Source: a bacterium (GTDB taxonomy: Bacteria; Patescibacteriota; Minisyncoccia; Phycocordibacterales; UBA918). Taken from it: DNA of 55,755 bases. Below are positions 16,909 through 26,817 of the stretch, one piece after another. How positions within the stretch are numbered: position 1 is the first letter of the stretch; every line of letters begins with the position of its first letter. A model generated the notes under the pieces. The model worked only from the letters and a program-made list of their open reading frames with translations. It was not told where the DNA came from and searched no databases. The stretch spans positions 1-55,755 of the forward strand of contig JAUIFS010000002.1 in NCBI GenBank assembly GCA_030430425.1, written 5' to 3'. The position numbers were made by a program, and so were the translations under genes.

Positions 16909-19264
16909 AACTAATTTTCAGAAGATTGATCGCGTCTTGCATCTCAAACTTCTCAAGCTTTGTTCCTTCAGGAAGCATGATGCGCTTGAAGCCCTTACGG
17001 AGATATTGTCCAGACTTTGACTCGTATACGTTAACCAATTTCTTTGTATGTGGATTCACTCCGAGTTCTTTCACAATTTTTTCACCTTTTCTACCTTGCT
17101 TTGGTTCTTTCAAGATATTCAAAGCACGCTTAAAGGTGATGTCGTATGGGTTGTCTTTGCCTTTCAGAGATCGGTAGTCTCCTGCATGTACGATATACGG
17201 TCCAAAACGTCCGGTGTTGGCAACAACAGGCTCGCCAGTTTTAGGGTGCTCACCAAGCTCACGTGGTAGTAGGAGGTACTTCACCGCATCTGCAACGGTA
17301 ACGTCCTCTGCTTCCATGCCCGCAGGGAGTGCAGCACGTCGTGGCTTCGCTGCCTTTTTGTCTTTTTTGTCGGGTGTGGCACCAAGTTGTACATACGGTC
17401 CGAAGCGTCCGGTGAGTACAAAAATAGGTTCACCTGTTTCAGGATGGTTGCCGATTGGCTCATCATCTTTTAACTCGGTCCCGTCGATCATGCGTGCACC
17501 ATCGCATTCGGGGAATGTACCGCATGAGAGAAACTTGCCTGCACGACCAAGTTTGATGACCATATCTTTTTTGCATTTTGGGCACTTAAATTCTTTTGGT
17601 CCTGGTCCAAGATTGGTTAACTTCTCAATGTTTTCTTTTCCTGCTACTGCTTTTGAAAATGGCTTGTAGAAGTCAGTGAGCACTTTTTTGTATTTTCGTT
17701 TTCCTTCGGCGATATCATCGAGTTGATCTTCCATGTCTGACGTAAAGTCGTCGTCAATATAGTCTGCAAAGTGCTCTTCAAGAAAACTTGAAACTACGTC
17801 TCCTGTGTCAGTTGGGATCATCGTGCGCCCTTCTTTCTCCACATACCCTCGGTCAATGATAGTGCGAATGATAGAAGCGTACGTAGACGGGCGTCCTATC
17901 CCACGTTTTTCGAGTTCTTTAATAAGTCCAGCCTCTGAGTATCGGTTTGGCGGTTGTGTTTGTTTTGCCTCAATTGCAACTTTTGTTACCTGTATTGTGT
18001 CACCTTCTGCTAGCTTGGGCACTTCGGTATCTTCACCACGTGCTCCAGGGTCAGCCTTGAGCCACCCATCAAATACGACGCGTGCGCCATTGACACTAAA
18101 ATCGGGAATGACAGCCTTAGTATCGGTTACATTGGCAAGTATTTTAGTTCGCTTTGTTTTTGCGTCTGCCATTTGAGAAGCAAGTGCACGGGCATAGATG
18201 AGTTCATACAATGCTTTTTGGTCAGCAGTTGTTCCTACTGATTGTTTTGCAAAGTTCGTCGGGCGTATTGCTTCGTGTGCTTCTTGTGCGGATTTACTTT
18301 TTGTTTTAAACGTTCTTTTTTGTAGATACTCTTTCCCAAACTCTTTAGGAATGAGTGCGTGAATTTGCTTTAGTGCAACTTGGCTCATGTTTGTTGAGTC
18401 GGTACGCATGTAGGTGATGTGTCCAGCTTCATATAGCTTTTGTGCAGCTTGCATGGTGCGTGAAGGAGAGAAGCCAAGTCGGGTTGATGCAGTCTGTTGC
18501 AGTGTCGAGGTAGTAAATGGTGGGCGTGGTGCGCGTTTTGCTTCACTCTCTTTTATTTTTTGTACTTCCCATTTGTGTTCCTCACCAACTTTTTTTATTC
18601 GTTGTGCTTCTTTTTCTTCAGCTGGTTCTTCGGTGCAAGTGAATGGAATTTCCATTGTATCTTTCTTCGCATGTGCCGTAAGTACGAAGTAGTCATCAGG
18701 GATAAAGGCACGGATTTCTCGTTCGCGTTCCATGAGGATACGCAGTGCAGGGGACTGCACGCGACCAGCAGAAAGACCATAGCGAACCTTTTTCCAGATA
18801 AGTCCCGATAGGTCATACCCAACCAGGCGGTCAAGCACACGACGTGCTTCTTGTGCTTCTTTAAGATCCTCGTCTATCTTGCGGGGGTGTGTAATGGCTT
18901 CTTGCACTGCATCTTTAGTGATTTCATGAAAGACGATTCGCTTCAGCTTTTTGTTGTCTTCCTTTATTAGCTCCGCTACGTGCCACGCAATAGCTTCTCC
19001 TTCGCGGTCAGGGTCAGACGCGAGCAGCACTTCTTTTGCATCAGCAGCAAGTTCTTTGAGTTCGCGTATTACTTTCTCTTTGCCGGGAGAAACAATGTAC
19101 CGTGGGATGAAACCTCCCTCAATATCTACTGCGTCTTTGTTACTTTTTGGTAAGTCACGAACATGCCCAATAGACGAGGTTACTTTGTATCCTGCTCCGA
19201 GATATTTTTCGATAGTCTTTGCTTTTGCAGGAGACTCTACGATTACTAATGTATTTTTTTCCAT
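16907..19264 (-). CDS. topA: DNA topoisomerase I with a Zn ribbon and Topo-C repeats
   Basis: LVIVESPAKAKTI, DPDREGE, SAGRVQS, ITYMRTD, GIGRPST, CPKC..C..C, repeated GRFGPY. Confidence 0.96.
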   Translation of the reverse strand: MEKNTLVIVESPAKAKTIEKYLGAGYKVTSSIGHVRDLPKSNKDAVDIEGGFIPRYIVSPGKEKVIRELKELAADAKEVLLASDPDREGEAIAWHVAELIKEDNKKLKRIVFHEITKDAVQEAITHPRKIDEDLKEAQEARRVLDRLVGYDLSGLIWKKVRYGLSAGRVQSPALRILMEREREIRAFIPDDYFVLTAHAKKDTMEIPFTCTEEPAEEKEAQRIKKVGEEHKWEVQKIKESEAKRAPRPPFTTSTLQQTASTRLGFSPSRTMQAAQKLYEAGHITYMRTDSTNMSQVALKQIHALIPKEFGKEYLQKRTFKTKSKSAQEAHEAIRPTNFAKQSVGTTADQKALYELIYARALASQMADAKTKRTKILANVTDTKAVIPDFSVNGARVVFDGWLKADPGARGEDTEVPKLAEGDTIQVTKVAIEAKQTQPPNRYSEAGLIKELEKRGIGRPSTYASIIRTIIDRGYVEKEGRTMIPTDTGDVVSSFLEEHFADYIDDDFTSDMEDQLDDIAEGKRKYKKVLTDFYKPFSKAVAGKENIEKLTNLGPGPKEFKCPKCKKDMVIKLGRAGKFLSCGTFPECDGARMIDGTELKDDEPIGNHPETGEPIFVLTGRFGPYVQLGATPDKKDKKAAKPRRAALPAGMEAEDVTVADAVKYLLLPRELGEHPKTGEPVVANTGRFGPYIVHAGDYRSLKGKDNPYDITFKRALNILKEPKQGRKGEKIVKELGVNPHTKKLVNVYESKSGQYLRKGFKRIMLPEGTKLEKFEMQDAINLLKIS

Positions 19265-19353
19265 ATGTGTTGGTACATAAATACTACCGATACATATATA
19301 TGTCAAATTATAAGTTTTTCCGAAAAAATCAATTCTCGCAAAAGAACAACAGA

Positions 19354-19377
19354 TTTACTAATGTTAACATTAGTAAA
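19354..19377. promoter_or_regulatory. Perfect palindrome, putative operator
   Basis: tttactaatgtt|aacattagtaaa. Confidence 0.75.
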
Positions 19378-19385
19378 AGTTATAC

Positions 19386-19772
19386 TTACCTAGTGAGGCG
19401 AGCACGGGCTTTTGTGTTTACTTGCGCCATAATGAGGTCTTCGATACGTGCAAGAAATTGATTCTTTTCTTTCTTTTTTAGAGTGCTCATAAGATCATCA
19501 AATTGTCCGTCTTGGTACTGAGTGTAGAGGCGGCATGCTGTGGGTTGGCTAATTCCAAGTGTATGGCTGACTCTATACGGTGAGTATTTTTGCGTGTACA
19601 TAAAAATAGCACCATATCGTTTCACAATCATGATCTGTTCAGTGTCGGTGAGCAGATTGGTTATAAGTGCCGAGGCGTTTTGCTTGGTGAGTTTTGCAAT
19701 ATGCTCAATAAGTTGTTTTTGGACAGCTTGAAAGTCCGGAGCATTGATATTATTTTTTGAAATGTTGGTCAT
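19386..19772 (-). CDS. TrpR-like (YerC/YecD-type) HTH protein
   Basis: LLTDTEQIMIVKR...YSPYRVSHTLGISQPTACR matches the TrpR-family LLT..E....R + HTH pattern. Confidence 0.7.
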   Translation of the reverse strand: MTNISKNNINAPDFQAVQKQLIEHIAKLTKQNASALITNLLTDTEQIMIVKRYGAIFMYTQKYSPYRVSHTLGISQPTACRLYTQYQDGQFDDLMSTLKKKEKNQFLARIEDLIMAQVNTKARARLTR

Positions 19773-19801
19773 AATTACTAATGTTAACATTAGTAATTAT
19801 G
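19770..19801. promoter_or_regulatory. Perfect 32-bp palindrome overlapping the start codon, putative operator
   Basis: cataattactaatgtt|aacattagtaattatg. Confidence 0.75.
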
Positions 19802-19805
19802 TGCG

Positions 19806-20678
19806 TTATTTTCTTCTGTAGGTATTATGTTCGCATGCAATGAGTCCTTTCATTTCCATTTGCATGAGCAGTGCATTTGCTTCATGTGCGGGAAGTTTGG
19901 TGGCACGGATAAGTGTGTCCGTGTCACATGGTTCGTGTAGGGTAGAGAGCACTTGCTTTTCTGGGTTACTCAAAGATTCGGTTTCAATAAAAAGCGCTTC
20001 TGTGCTCTGGGTTACTTCTGGGTCAATGTGTAGCGCATGAAGTATATCCTTTGCAGTCGTGACGGGGGTAGCTCCAAGCTTGAGAAACTGATGCGGTCCA
20101 GCACAATTTTGTGAAAAAATATTCCCCGGCACTACAAGCAGCTCACGATTATAATCAACCGCTAAGCGAGCGGTGATGAGTGTTCCTGATTTTTCTGTTG
20201 CTTCCACAATAAGCGTTGCATGTGCAATGCCTGCCATGATGCGATTACGTTGAGCAAATGACCACTTTGTTGCAGTGAAGGTGGGATCAAATTCGGAAAG
20301 TAATCCACCGCCACTTTCTAGTATTCGCTGCGCAAGACCTTTGTGTCGTGCAGGATAGATCACGGCGTCATCGATACCGCTACCGGGAATAGCAAGTGTG
20401 TAGAGATTGTTTGCCATCGCTGCTTCGTGCGCCAATGAGTCGATACCAAGCGCAAGTCCAGACACGATGCCAACATTGTATCCGCGTAGTCCTCCAAGAA
20501 GGTGTGCAACCACCTGTTTACCATATGTGCTGTACTTTCGTGCGCCAACTACTGCAAGTAGTTTCATCTCGGTATCAGGAAGAACTCCACGATAATTGAG
20601 CTGTGCGGGCGGTTGCGGGATGTGTCGCACCAGCGGAGGGAATGCATCGCGCGAAAGTGTAGAAATTGGAAAGTGCAT
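19806..20678 (-). CDS. dprA: DNA-processing protein DprA
   Basis: AVVGAR, IVSGLALGIDSLAH, FAQRNRI, EA..KSGTLITA, C-terminal wHTH. Confidence 0.93.
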   Translation of the reverse strand: MHFPISTLSRDAFPPLVRHIPQPPAQLNYRGVLPDTEMKLLAVVGARKYSTYGKQVVAHLLGGLRGYNVGIVSGLALGIDSLAHEAAMANNLYTLAIPGSGIDDAVIYPARHKGLAQRILESGGGLLSEFDPTFTATKWSFAQRNRIMAGIAHATLIVEATEKSGTLITARLAVDYNRELLVVPGNIFSQNCAGPHQFLKLGATPVTTAKDILHALHIDPEVTQSTEALFIETESLSNPEKQVLSTLHEPCDTDTLIRATKLPAHEANALLMQMEMKGLIACEHNTYRRK

Positions 20679-20758
20679 ATGTTCAATAAAAGTGTAGCAT
20701 GTTGACCTTTTAGCTACTTTGTATTTATATAGCAAGAGAAAAGAAAGGAGAGCGCGTT

Positions 20759-21211
20759 ATGAATACAACCGCATTGGTTCATACCAGTCAGGTAGACGAC
20801 GGTAACGATGTTAATGATGTTGCTACTGTTTTTGGATTTTGTGACGTTGTTGCAGTTGCTGAACTACTCTTGATATGCGCAACAACAGGAACAGAAGACG
20901 ATCTCAAACCACGAATGGTTACTATTGCAGACGTCATCGAAACTATGGAACGTCAGTTTCATGCAGAAGAATATAGTCAGGCATTTGAAAATGCTTTCCT
21001 TGGTGCAGATGGTTCAGGTATGAGTGTTGCAGATCGACAAGAGACAGTCGCGCATGCATGTGCACATCTTGTTTCAAGTGGCTGGCTTCGGTATGGTACA
21101 GAAAATAAAGTGTTTGCTTCTGACTTTTGGGACATGCCTGAGCGTGACATAGGCATACGCGTCACCCCTTCGTGGGGACTCATAACACTTATGCGTAAAA
21201 CCCAACGATAA
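20759..21211 (+). CDS. Hypothetical protein
   Basis: SD aaggag, 150 aa ORF, downstream hairpin at about 21217-21246. Confidence 0.65.
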   Translation: MNTTALVHTSQVDDGNDVNDVATVFGFCDVVAVAELLLICATTGTEDDLKPRMVTIADVIETMERQFHAEEYSQAFENAFLGADGSGMSVADRQETVAHACAHLVSSGWLRYGTENKVFASDFWDMPERDIGIRVTPSWGLITLMRKTQR

Positions 21212-21336
21212 ACGACGCATCACTCCGGACTACGGGGTGATGTTTTCTTTTTTTATATTAGGTGTATTGTATAATCTATTCAATTAATCATTAGAGATTG
21301 TGGTGCAATTTGTGCCGCGTTTATTACTTTTTCACA

Positions 21337-22611
21337 ATGTTAGACATTAAATTCATTCGAGAGAATTTGGACATCGTAAAGATGGCTGCACAAAAGAAGC
21401 ATATGGAAGTTGATCTTGATCGACTTGTTTCCTTAGACGATACCCGACGTGAATTAATGTCGTCGCTTGAGGAGAAGCGCGCACGGCAAAATAAAGCTTC
21501 TGAAGCTATTGCACAAGCCGGAAGTGACCAAGAGCGACAGACGATGATTGCGCAGATGTCTGAATTAAAAGCAGAGCTCCAGAAAGAAGAGGAGGCACTA
21601 AAGCCAGTGATGGAAGAATGGCAGACACTAATGCTCCAAGTACCCCAGGTGCCCGACATGACGGTGCCTGACGGTGCGTCTGATGAAGATAACGTTGAGG
21701 TGAAGGTGTGGGGTGAACCAACACAGTTTGACTTTGAGCCAAAAGACCATACAGAGATCATGACTGCTTTGGGGATGGTTGATTTTGAACGTGGTACGAA
21801 AGTGCACGGGTTTCGTGGGTACTACCTCACCGGGGACGGCGCACGGCTTTCATGGGCTATCTGGAACTACGCAAACACGTTCTTTGGACAGAAGGGGTTT
21901 GAACCGCTGCTCGGACCTGCTATTGTGCGAAAGAGTAACTTGTACGGCACAGGCCACCTGCCAAACGAAGCAGAAGATATCTACAAAACACAAGATGATG
22001 ACTACCTGATTGGAACATCTGAAGTTTCTACCATGGGGTACTACGCAGACGAAGTGCTTGATAAAAGTCAGTTTCCGATAAAACACCTCGCGTTTTCACC
22101 TTGTTTCCGTCGAGAAGCAGGATCACACGGGAAAGACACAAAGGGGCTTATCCGTGTGCACGAGTTTTTCAAAGTAGAGCAAGTCATTCTCTGTGAAGCA
22201 TCACACGAAGAAAGTGTGAAGCATCATGAATGGATCAACCGAAACACAGAAGAGTTTATTGAGTCGCTTGGTATTCCGTATCATACGGTACTTAACTGTG
22301 GAGGAGATATTGGTCAAGGGCAGGTTAAGAAATACGATGTGGAGTTATGGGTGCCACTTGAGAAGAAGTACCGTGAGATCAGTTCTGCGTCGTACTTCCA
22401 TGACTTCCAGACGCGCCGATTCAATACCCGGTATCGTGACGAGGAAGGGAAACTACGATACGCACACTCACTGAACTGTACAGCGATTCCGACACCGCGC
22501 ATTCTCGTTTCGTTAATTGAGAACTTCCAGCAAGCAGATGGGTCCGTGAAGATCCCAGAAGTGTTGCAAAGCTACATGGGTGGACGTACGGTAATTGAAA
22601 AGAAAGAGTAG
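21337..22611 (+). CDS. serS: Serine--tRNA ligase
   Basis: MLDIKFIREN, GTSE, FRREAG..G.D..G..RVHEF.KVE, EISSAS. Confidence 0.96.
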   Translation: MLDIKFIRENLDIVKMAAQKKHMEVDLDRLVSLDDTRRELMSSLEEKRARQNKASEAIAQAGSDQERQTMIAQMSELKAELQKEEEALKPVMEEWQTLMLQVPQVPDMTVPDGASDEDNVEVKVWGEPTQFDFEPKDHTEIMTALGMVDFERGTKVHGFRGYYLTGDGARLSWAIWNYANTFFGQKGFEPLLGPAIVRKSNLYGTGHLPNEAEDIYKTQDDDYLIGTSEVSTMGYYADEVLDKSQFPIKHLAFSPCFRREAGSHGKDTKGLIRVHEFFKVEQVILCEASHEESVKHHEWINRNTEEFIESLGIPYHTVLNCGGDIGQGQVKKYDVELWVPLEKKYREISSASYFHDFQTRRFNTRYRDEEGKLRYAHSLNCTAIPTPRILVSLIENFQQADGSVKIPEVLQSYMGGRTVIEKKE

Positions 22612-22620
22612 TATAGAAGC

Positions 22621-22658
22621 AAAAACCCCAACAATGCATTAGCATTGTTGGGGTTTTT
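22621..22658 (+). terminator. Intrinsic terminator
   Basis: aaaaaccccaacaatgc-atta-gcattgttggggttttt. Confidence 0.75.
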
Positions 22659-22687
22659 GGAGAATGTACATGCTACTATAGTGGACA

Positions 22688-23560
22688 ATGAAGCTGACGT
22701 TTCTAAATAAAAAGAAGACGCACACACGTGCCCGTCGCAGCAGAGGTGAGGAGCGATCGGTGCTACGCACGCAGATATTGATTGGTGCAGCAATTGTGTG
22801 TGTGATTGGTGTCCTTTTCACAGCTGTTTTTTATGGGACTCGTGTGAGATCACTACAAATTGTTGATGTGCAGGTGCATGGTGGATTTACTATTCCGCAT
22901 AGCCACGTGCGCACTGTGGTACAGCAAGAGTTGCAGGGGACCTATGTGAAACTGGTTCCGAAAACGTTCACGTGGTTCTATCCAAAAACAAGCATACAAA
23001 AACGACTAGAAAAAATACCGCGTCTAAAACAGTCTGAAATGACTCTAGAGGGGCAAGAGCTGGTAGTTGTGTTTGATGAGTATCAACCGCAATCGCTCTT
23101 TTGCAATGAGGATCAGCAGTGCTTCTTTGTTGACCACACAGGTTTCGCCTTTGCAAAGGCACCAAGCCTTACGGGGAGTGCGTTTATTCGCTACACAGAA
23201 AAAGGAAAGCAGGTGGGTGTGAAAACGCAAGCAGTAGAGCCTGACTTTATGGATGAAACACAAGCATTTTCTGAAAAGCTCGCAGCAGAACTCGATTTGT
23301 ATGTGACGCATATTCAGATACTCGATGCTCTGGATGTGCTGTATACCGTTTCAGGCGGAGGAACTATAAAAGTGTCGCAACGTATGTCACTGAATGATAC
23401 ATACAATAATCTGCAAACACTGTTGCAATCTGAAGCATTTATGCATCTTGAGTCAGGTGCTTTTCAATACATTGATCTCCGTTTTGGTGATAAGTTGTTT
23501 GTGAATGAGGTTACTGAAGAAGAAAAAACCGCCTCCTCGAGTGAGAGGGCGGTTGAGTAA
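22688..23560 (+). CDS. FtsQ/DivIB-like cell division protein
   Basis: Basic N-terminus, single TM, POTRA-like region, C-terminal YIDLRFG. Confidence 0.7.
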   Translation: MKLTFLNKKKTHTRARRSRGEERSVLRTQILIGAAIVCVIGVLFTAVFYGTRVRSLQIVDVQVHGGFTIPHSHVRTVVQQELQGTYVKLVPKTFTWFYPKTSIQKRLEKIPRLKQSEMTLEGQELVVVFDEYQPQSLFCNEDQQCFFVDHTGFAFAKAPSLTGSAFIRYTEKGKQVGVKTQAVEPDFMDETQAFSEKLAAELDLYVTHIQILDALDVLYTVSGGGTIKVSQRMSLNDTYNNLQTLLQSEAFMHLESGAFQYIDLRFGDKLFVNEVTEEEKTASSSERAVE

Positions 23561-23562
23561 GG

Positions 23563-23798
23563 TTATTGTTTATCACCCATATAGGTTGGCTTGTTGCGTT
23601 GGATGTATTTCTCTGACCACCACACCGCAATTTCAAGGACTACCGAAGCAGTAGGCAGCGCGATTGTGCAGATGGCGCAGGTAGTGATGATGAACTGCCA
23701 ACTCGTTGTTATGTACAACAGAGCGGTGAGTAGCCCACAAAATGTACCGGCAGGTCGTGAATAAACCAATACAGATAACCTTCGTATTTAATACGCAT
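23563..23798 (-). pseudogene. Possible small membrane protein, frameshifted
   Basis: SD aagga + MRIKYEGYLYWFIHDL in one frame; two hydrophobic helices continue in the 23563..23769 frame. Confidence 0.3.
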
Positions 23799-23860
23799 AG
23801 CTTCTTCCTTGCGTTTGTTTCGTCTTTCGGTACTATACTGAAAATTTTTAACAAGTCCAT

Positions 23861-24952
23861 ATGAACTTCTGGCAACAGCTCCCAAAACCTTTCTTTGTAG
23901 TTGCACCGATGGCAGACGTCACCGATGCGCCATTTCGTCGTATGCTTGCAAAGTATTCTTCACATGAACGTGCTAATGGAACGGTGGGTGGTCCTGACGT
24001 GATGTGGACAGAGTTTGTTGCTGCTGACGGTTTGATGCGTGCAACGCCTGAAGGAAAAAAGAAGCTCATGGCAGACTTAATCTATGACGAAATTGAGCGA
24101 CCGATAGTTGCGCAACTTTTTAGTTCCAATGAAGACCATATGGAACGAGCTGCACGACTGTGCCTGGAGCTTGGGTTCGATGGGGTAGACATAAATATGG
24201 GGTGTCCTGATAAGTCTATTGAAAAGCAAGGATGTGGTTCAGCGATGATCAAAACTCCTGAGGTTGCAACGGCGATCATTCGTGCAGCTAAAAAAGGAGC
24301 GCGACATGGTGAAGTAGATGGAATCCCGGTAAGTGTTAAAACACGTCTTGGCTATAACGAAGACACTATGGAGACATGGATCCCAGAGATTCTTTCTGAA
24401 AACCCAGCAGCGCTGACCATTCATGGTCGTACACGAAAGCAGATGAGCAAGGTACCTGCAAACTGGGACCGTATTGCTGATGTGGTAAAACTCCGAGACA
24501 AACTTGAAAGCGAAACGCTCATTCTTGGAAATGGTGATGTACTTTCGTTGGAGGATGCACAAATGAAGGCAGAAAAGACTGGTGTTGACGGGGTTATGGT
24601 TGGTCGCGCGTTATTTGGAAATCCATGGTTTTTCCATCCAACAAAGCATACATCGCTCAACCTTACAGCACTTCCTACAAAAGGAGTGAATCGTAAAGAG
24701 ATTATTGAAGTAGATACATCTAACAGCTCGTATGAGTACGTACCTCTTGAAGATCGTTTGGGAGTACTTGTTGAACACTCGAAGTTGTTTGTAGAACTGT
24801 TGCCGTTTAAGAATTTCAACATCATGAAGAAACACTACAAGGCGTATGTGCATGGGTTCCCGGGAGCAGCTTTGCTGCGCGGCACGCTTATGGAAGCAAG
24901 TTCACCAGAGGAGGTTGAGAAAATTGTCCACGATTTTTTGAAAAAGATATAA
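23861..24952 (+). CDS. tRNA-dihydrouridine synthase
   Basis: APMADVTD, DINMGCP, VSVKTR, IHGRT, GNGDV, GVMVGR. Confidence 0.93.
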   Translation: MNFWQQLPKPFFVVAPMADVTDAPFRRMLAKYSSHERANGTVGGPDVMWTEFVAADGLMRATPEGKKKLMADLIYDEIERPIVAQLFSSNEDHMERAARLCLELGFDGVDINMGCPDKSIEKQGCGSAMIKTPEVATAIIRAAKKGARHGEVDGIPVSVKTRLGYNEDTMETWIPEILSENPAALTIHGRTRKQMSKVPANWDRIADVVKLRDKLESETLILGNGDVLSLEDAQMKAEKTGVDGVMVGRALFGNPWFFHPTKHTSLNLTALPTKGVNRKEIIEVDTSNSSYEYVPLEDRLGVLVEHSKLFVELLPFKNFNIMKKHYKAYVHGFPGAALLRGTLMEASSPEEVEKIVHDFLKKI

Positions 24953-24979
24953 GTATCTTCGTATGAAGACTGGTACACT

Positions 24980-25297
24980 ATGGATATGACTGAGGTATTA
25001 CATGCAAATATTTTTTTCTTTATCACAAGCATTGCGGTGGTGTTGTGTACGCTACTTGTTTGCTTTGCGGTGTATCAAGTAATTAAGATTTTGAAAGCAG
25101 TCCGTCGTATCGTTGAACGCATTGACGAAGGCAGTGAGATGCTTGCGGAAGATGTTGATACGTTCCGTTCATACGTAATGGAAGGAAGCCTCGTGTCACA
25201 ACTAGTCGGCTTCTTTATGGGGAACCGGAACGCAACACGATCGCGGAAATCGCGACGGGGCACAGGAAGAAAAATTGCAGTAAACGACGAAGAGTAA
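24980..25297 (+). CDS. Small membrane protein (TM plus coiled coil)
   Basis: N-terminal TM followed by a helical region. Confidence 0.7.
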   Translation: MDMTEVLHANIFFFITSIAVVLCTLLVCFAVYQVIKILKAVRRIVERIDEGSEMLAEDVDTFRSYVMEGSLVSQLVGFFMGNRNATRSRKSRRGTGRKIAVNDEE

Positions 25298-25321
25298 GTA
25301 GATAAAATAATTTTTAATACT

Positions 25322-25852
25322 ATGGCAAAAAAACAAACAAAGAAAGCACAAATTTCAGATGCACAGAAGCTTGGTATCGGAGTAGGTCTTACCACCGCAG
25401 CAGTTGCTGCAGCAGGAGCATACTTCCTGTACGGTGCTAAGGATGCACCAGAAAATCGAAAGAAAGTGAAAAGTGGTATTTTACGTGCAAAAGCGGAAGT
25501 ACTGGAGTCACTTGAGAATGCAAAAGAAATTACCGAAGCGGAGTTTCATGACTTGGTAGATGGTGTTGTTGAGACATACAGCACGGTGCAGAACCTTTCA
25601 AAGAAAGACTTGAAGGAGTTTAAAGCAGAGATGATGGAAAATTGGGAAGACTTGGTGCAAAGTGGTGCAGCAAAGGTGATGACTGTTGAGCAGATTGCAA
25701 AGAAGGTTGCGAAGCGGGAAGAGAAGAAGCCAGCTACAAAGAAAAAAGCGACAGCAAAAAAGAAATCTGCAGCTAAGAAACCTGCTAAAAAAACAACCAC
25801 AAAGAAAAAGGTTGCAAAAAAGTCAGCAAAGAAGAAAGTGACGAAAAAATAG
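25322..25852 (+). CDS. YtxH-like protein with a Lys/Ala-rich histone-H1-like tail
   Basis: AAVAAAGAYFLYG...G..R-type anchor, helical region, KKPATKKK repeats. Confidence 0.7.
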   Translation: MAKKQTKKAQISDAQKLGIGVGLTTAAVAAAGAYFLYGAKDAPENRKKVKSGILRAKAEVLESLENAKEITEAEFHDLVDGVVETYSTVQNLSKKDLKEFKAEMMENWEDLVQSGAAKVMTVEQIAKKVAKREEKKPATKKKATAKKKSAAKKPAKKTTTKKKVAKKSAKKKVTKK

Positions 25853-25867
25853 TATACACAGTAGAGG

Positions 25868-25906
25868 AATAACGCGACGGGTGCCTTTGGCACCCGTCGC
25901 GTTATT
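25868..25906. terminator. Hairpin with 18-bp arms
   Basis: aataacgcgacgggtgcc-ttt-ggcacccgtcgcgttatt. Confidence 0.65.
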
Positions 25907-25914
25907 ATGTATCT

Positions 25915-26775
25915 ATGGTTCGGAAACTTACCCATCTATCAATTGTGACTGTGCTTGCGGCTACGTTTGCTGTGGGTATGTTTTTAGTTGCAACCGGAAC
26001 CGTACAACAGGCATTGGTATACCAACCCGCTTTGTCGGTGCAGAGTGGCATTATGGGTCCGCTCACGGCACCGTCAGCATATGTGTTTGATGTAGAAACG
26101 GGTGAGCAGATCTATGCAAAAGATGCTGACACGGTGCGTCCAATTGCATCGGTAACAAAGCTCTTAGCTGCAGCACTGTTTTATGAGCATGCGTCACACA
26201 CGCAAATGGTCCGTATTGCATACAGTGATGTCGTTGCCGAAGGTCGTTCGGGGCGCTTAGAGGCTGGGCAGCAGTATCTTGCACGTGAGCTGCTGCCGCC
26301 TGTTTTGCTCGAGTCTTCAAACGATGCGGCGGTTGCCATGCAACGCGTTAGCGGCAATACGTTGGTGACGCATATGAATGACTATGCTGACTCACTCGGG
26401 GTACGCCAAACACACTTTTCTGACACCTCTGGCTTGAGTTCCGGAAATGTTTCAACTGCTCGAGAGTTGGCGACACTCAGCATATTTTTAAAAAAAGACT
26501 ATCCACATATTTTTGACTACACGCGCCTCAAAACATACCTCAACCACATAAATGCATGGATGAATAACAATCCGTATATTCATGAAGAAGGGTACAAGGG
26601 CGGAAAGCATGGATACACGCCGAAGGCAGGAAGAACAGCCGTTGCTTTTTTTGAGGAGGAGCTTCCTTCAGGAGCAATACGTACTATCGGGTATGTACTG
26701 CTTGGAAGTGATGTTCTGGTGTCTGACATGCAGTCTCTGCGCGCATATGCTCAACAAAATGTAGACTTCAAATAG
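25915..26775 (+). CDS. D-Ala-D-Ala carboxypeptidase, peptidase S11 family
   Basis: ASVTK (SxxK), SSN, GGKHGYT (KTG variant), N-terminal anchor. Confidence 0.85.
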   Translation: MVRKLTHLSIVTVLAATFAVGMFLVATGTVQQALVYQPALSVQSGIMGPLTAPSAYVFDVETGEQIYAKDADTVRPIASVTKLLAAALFYEHASHTQMVRIAYSDVVAEGRSGRLEAGQQYLARELLPPVLLESSNDAAVAMQRVSGNTLVTHMNDYADSLGVRQTHFSDTSGLSSGNVSTARELATLSIFLKKDYPHIFDYTRLKTYLNHINAWMNNNPYIHEEGYKGGKHGYTPKAGRTAVAFFEEELPSGAIRTIGYVLLGSDVLVSDMQSLRAYAQQNVDFK

Positions 26776-26817
26776 TCTGGTATACTAGTGCAATATTGAT
26801 AACTTGAACGTCTTCCT

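Noticed and set aside
26600..26620. KHG instead of KTG in the S11 peptidase as a sign of inactivity
   Set aside because: SxxK and SxN are intact; a single variant is insufficient evidence
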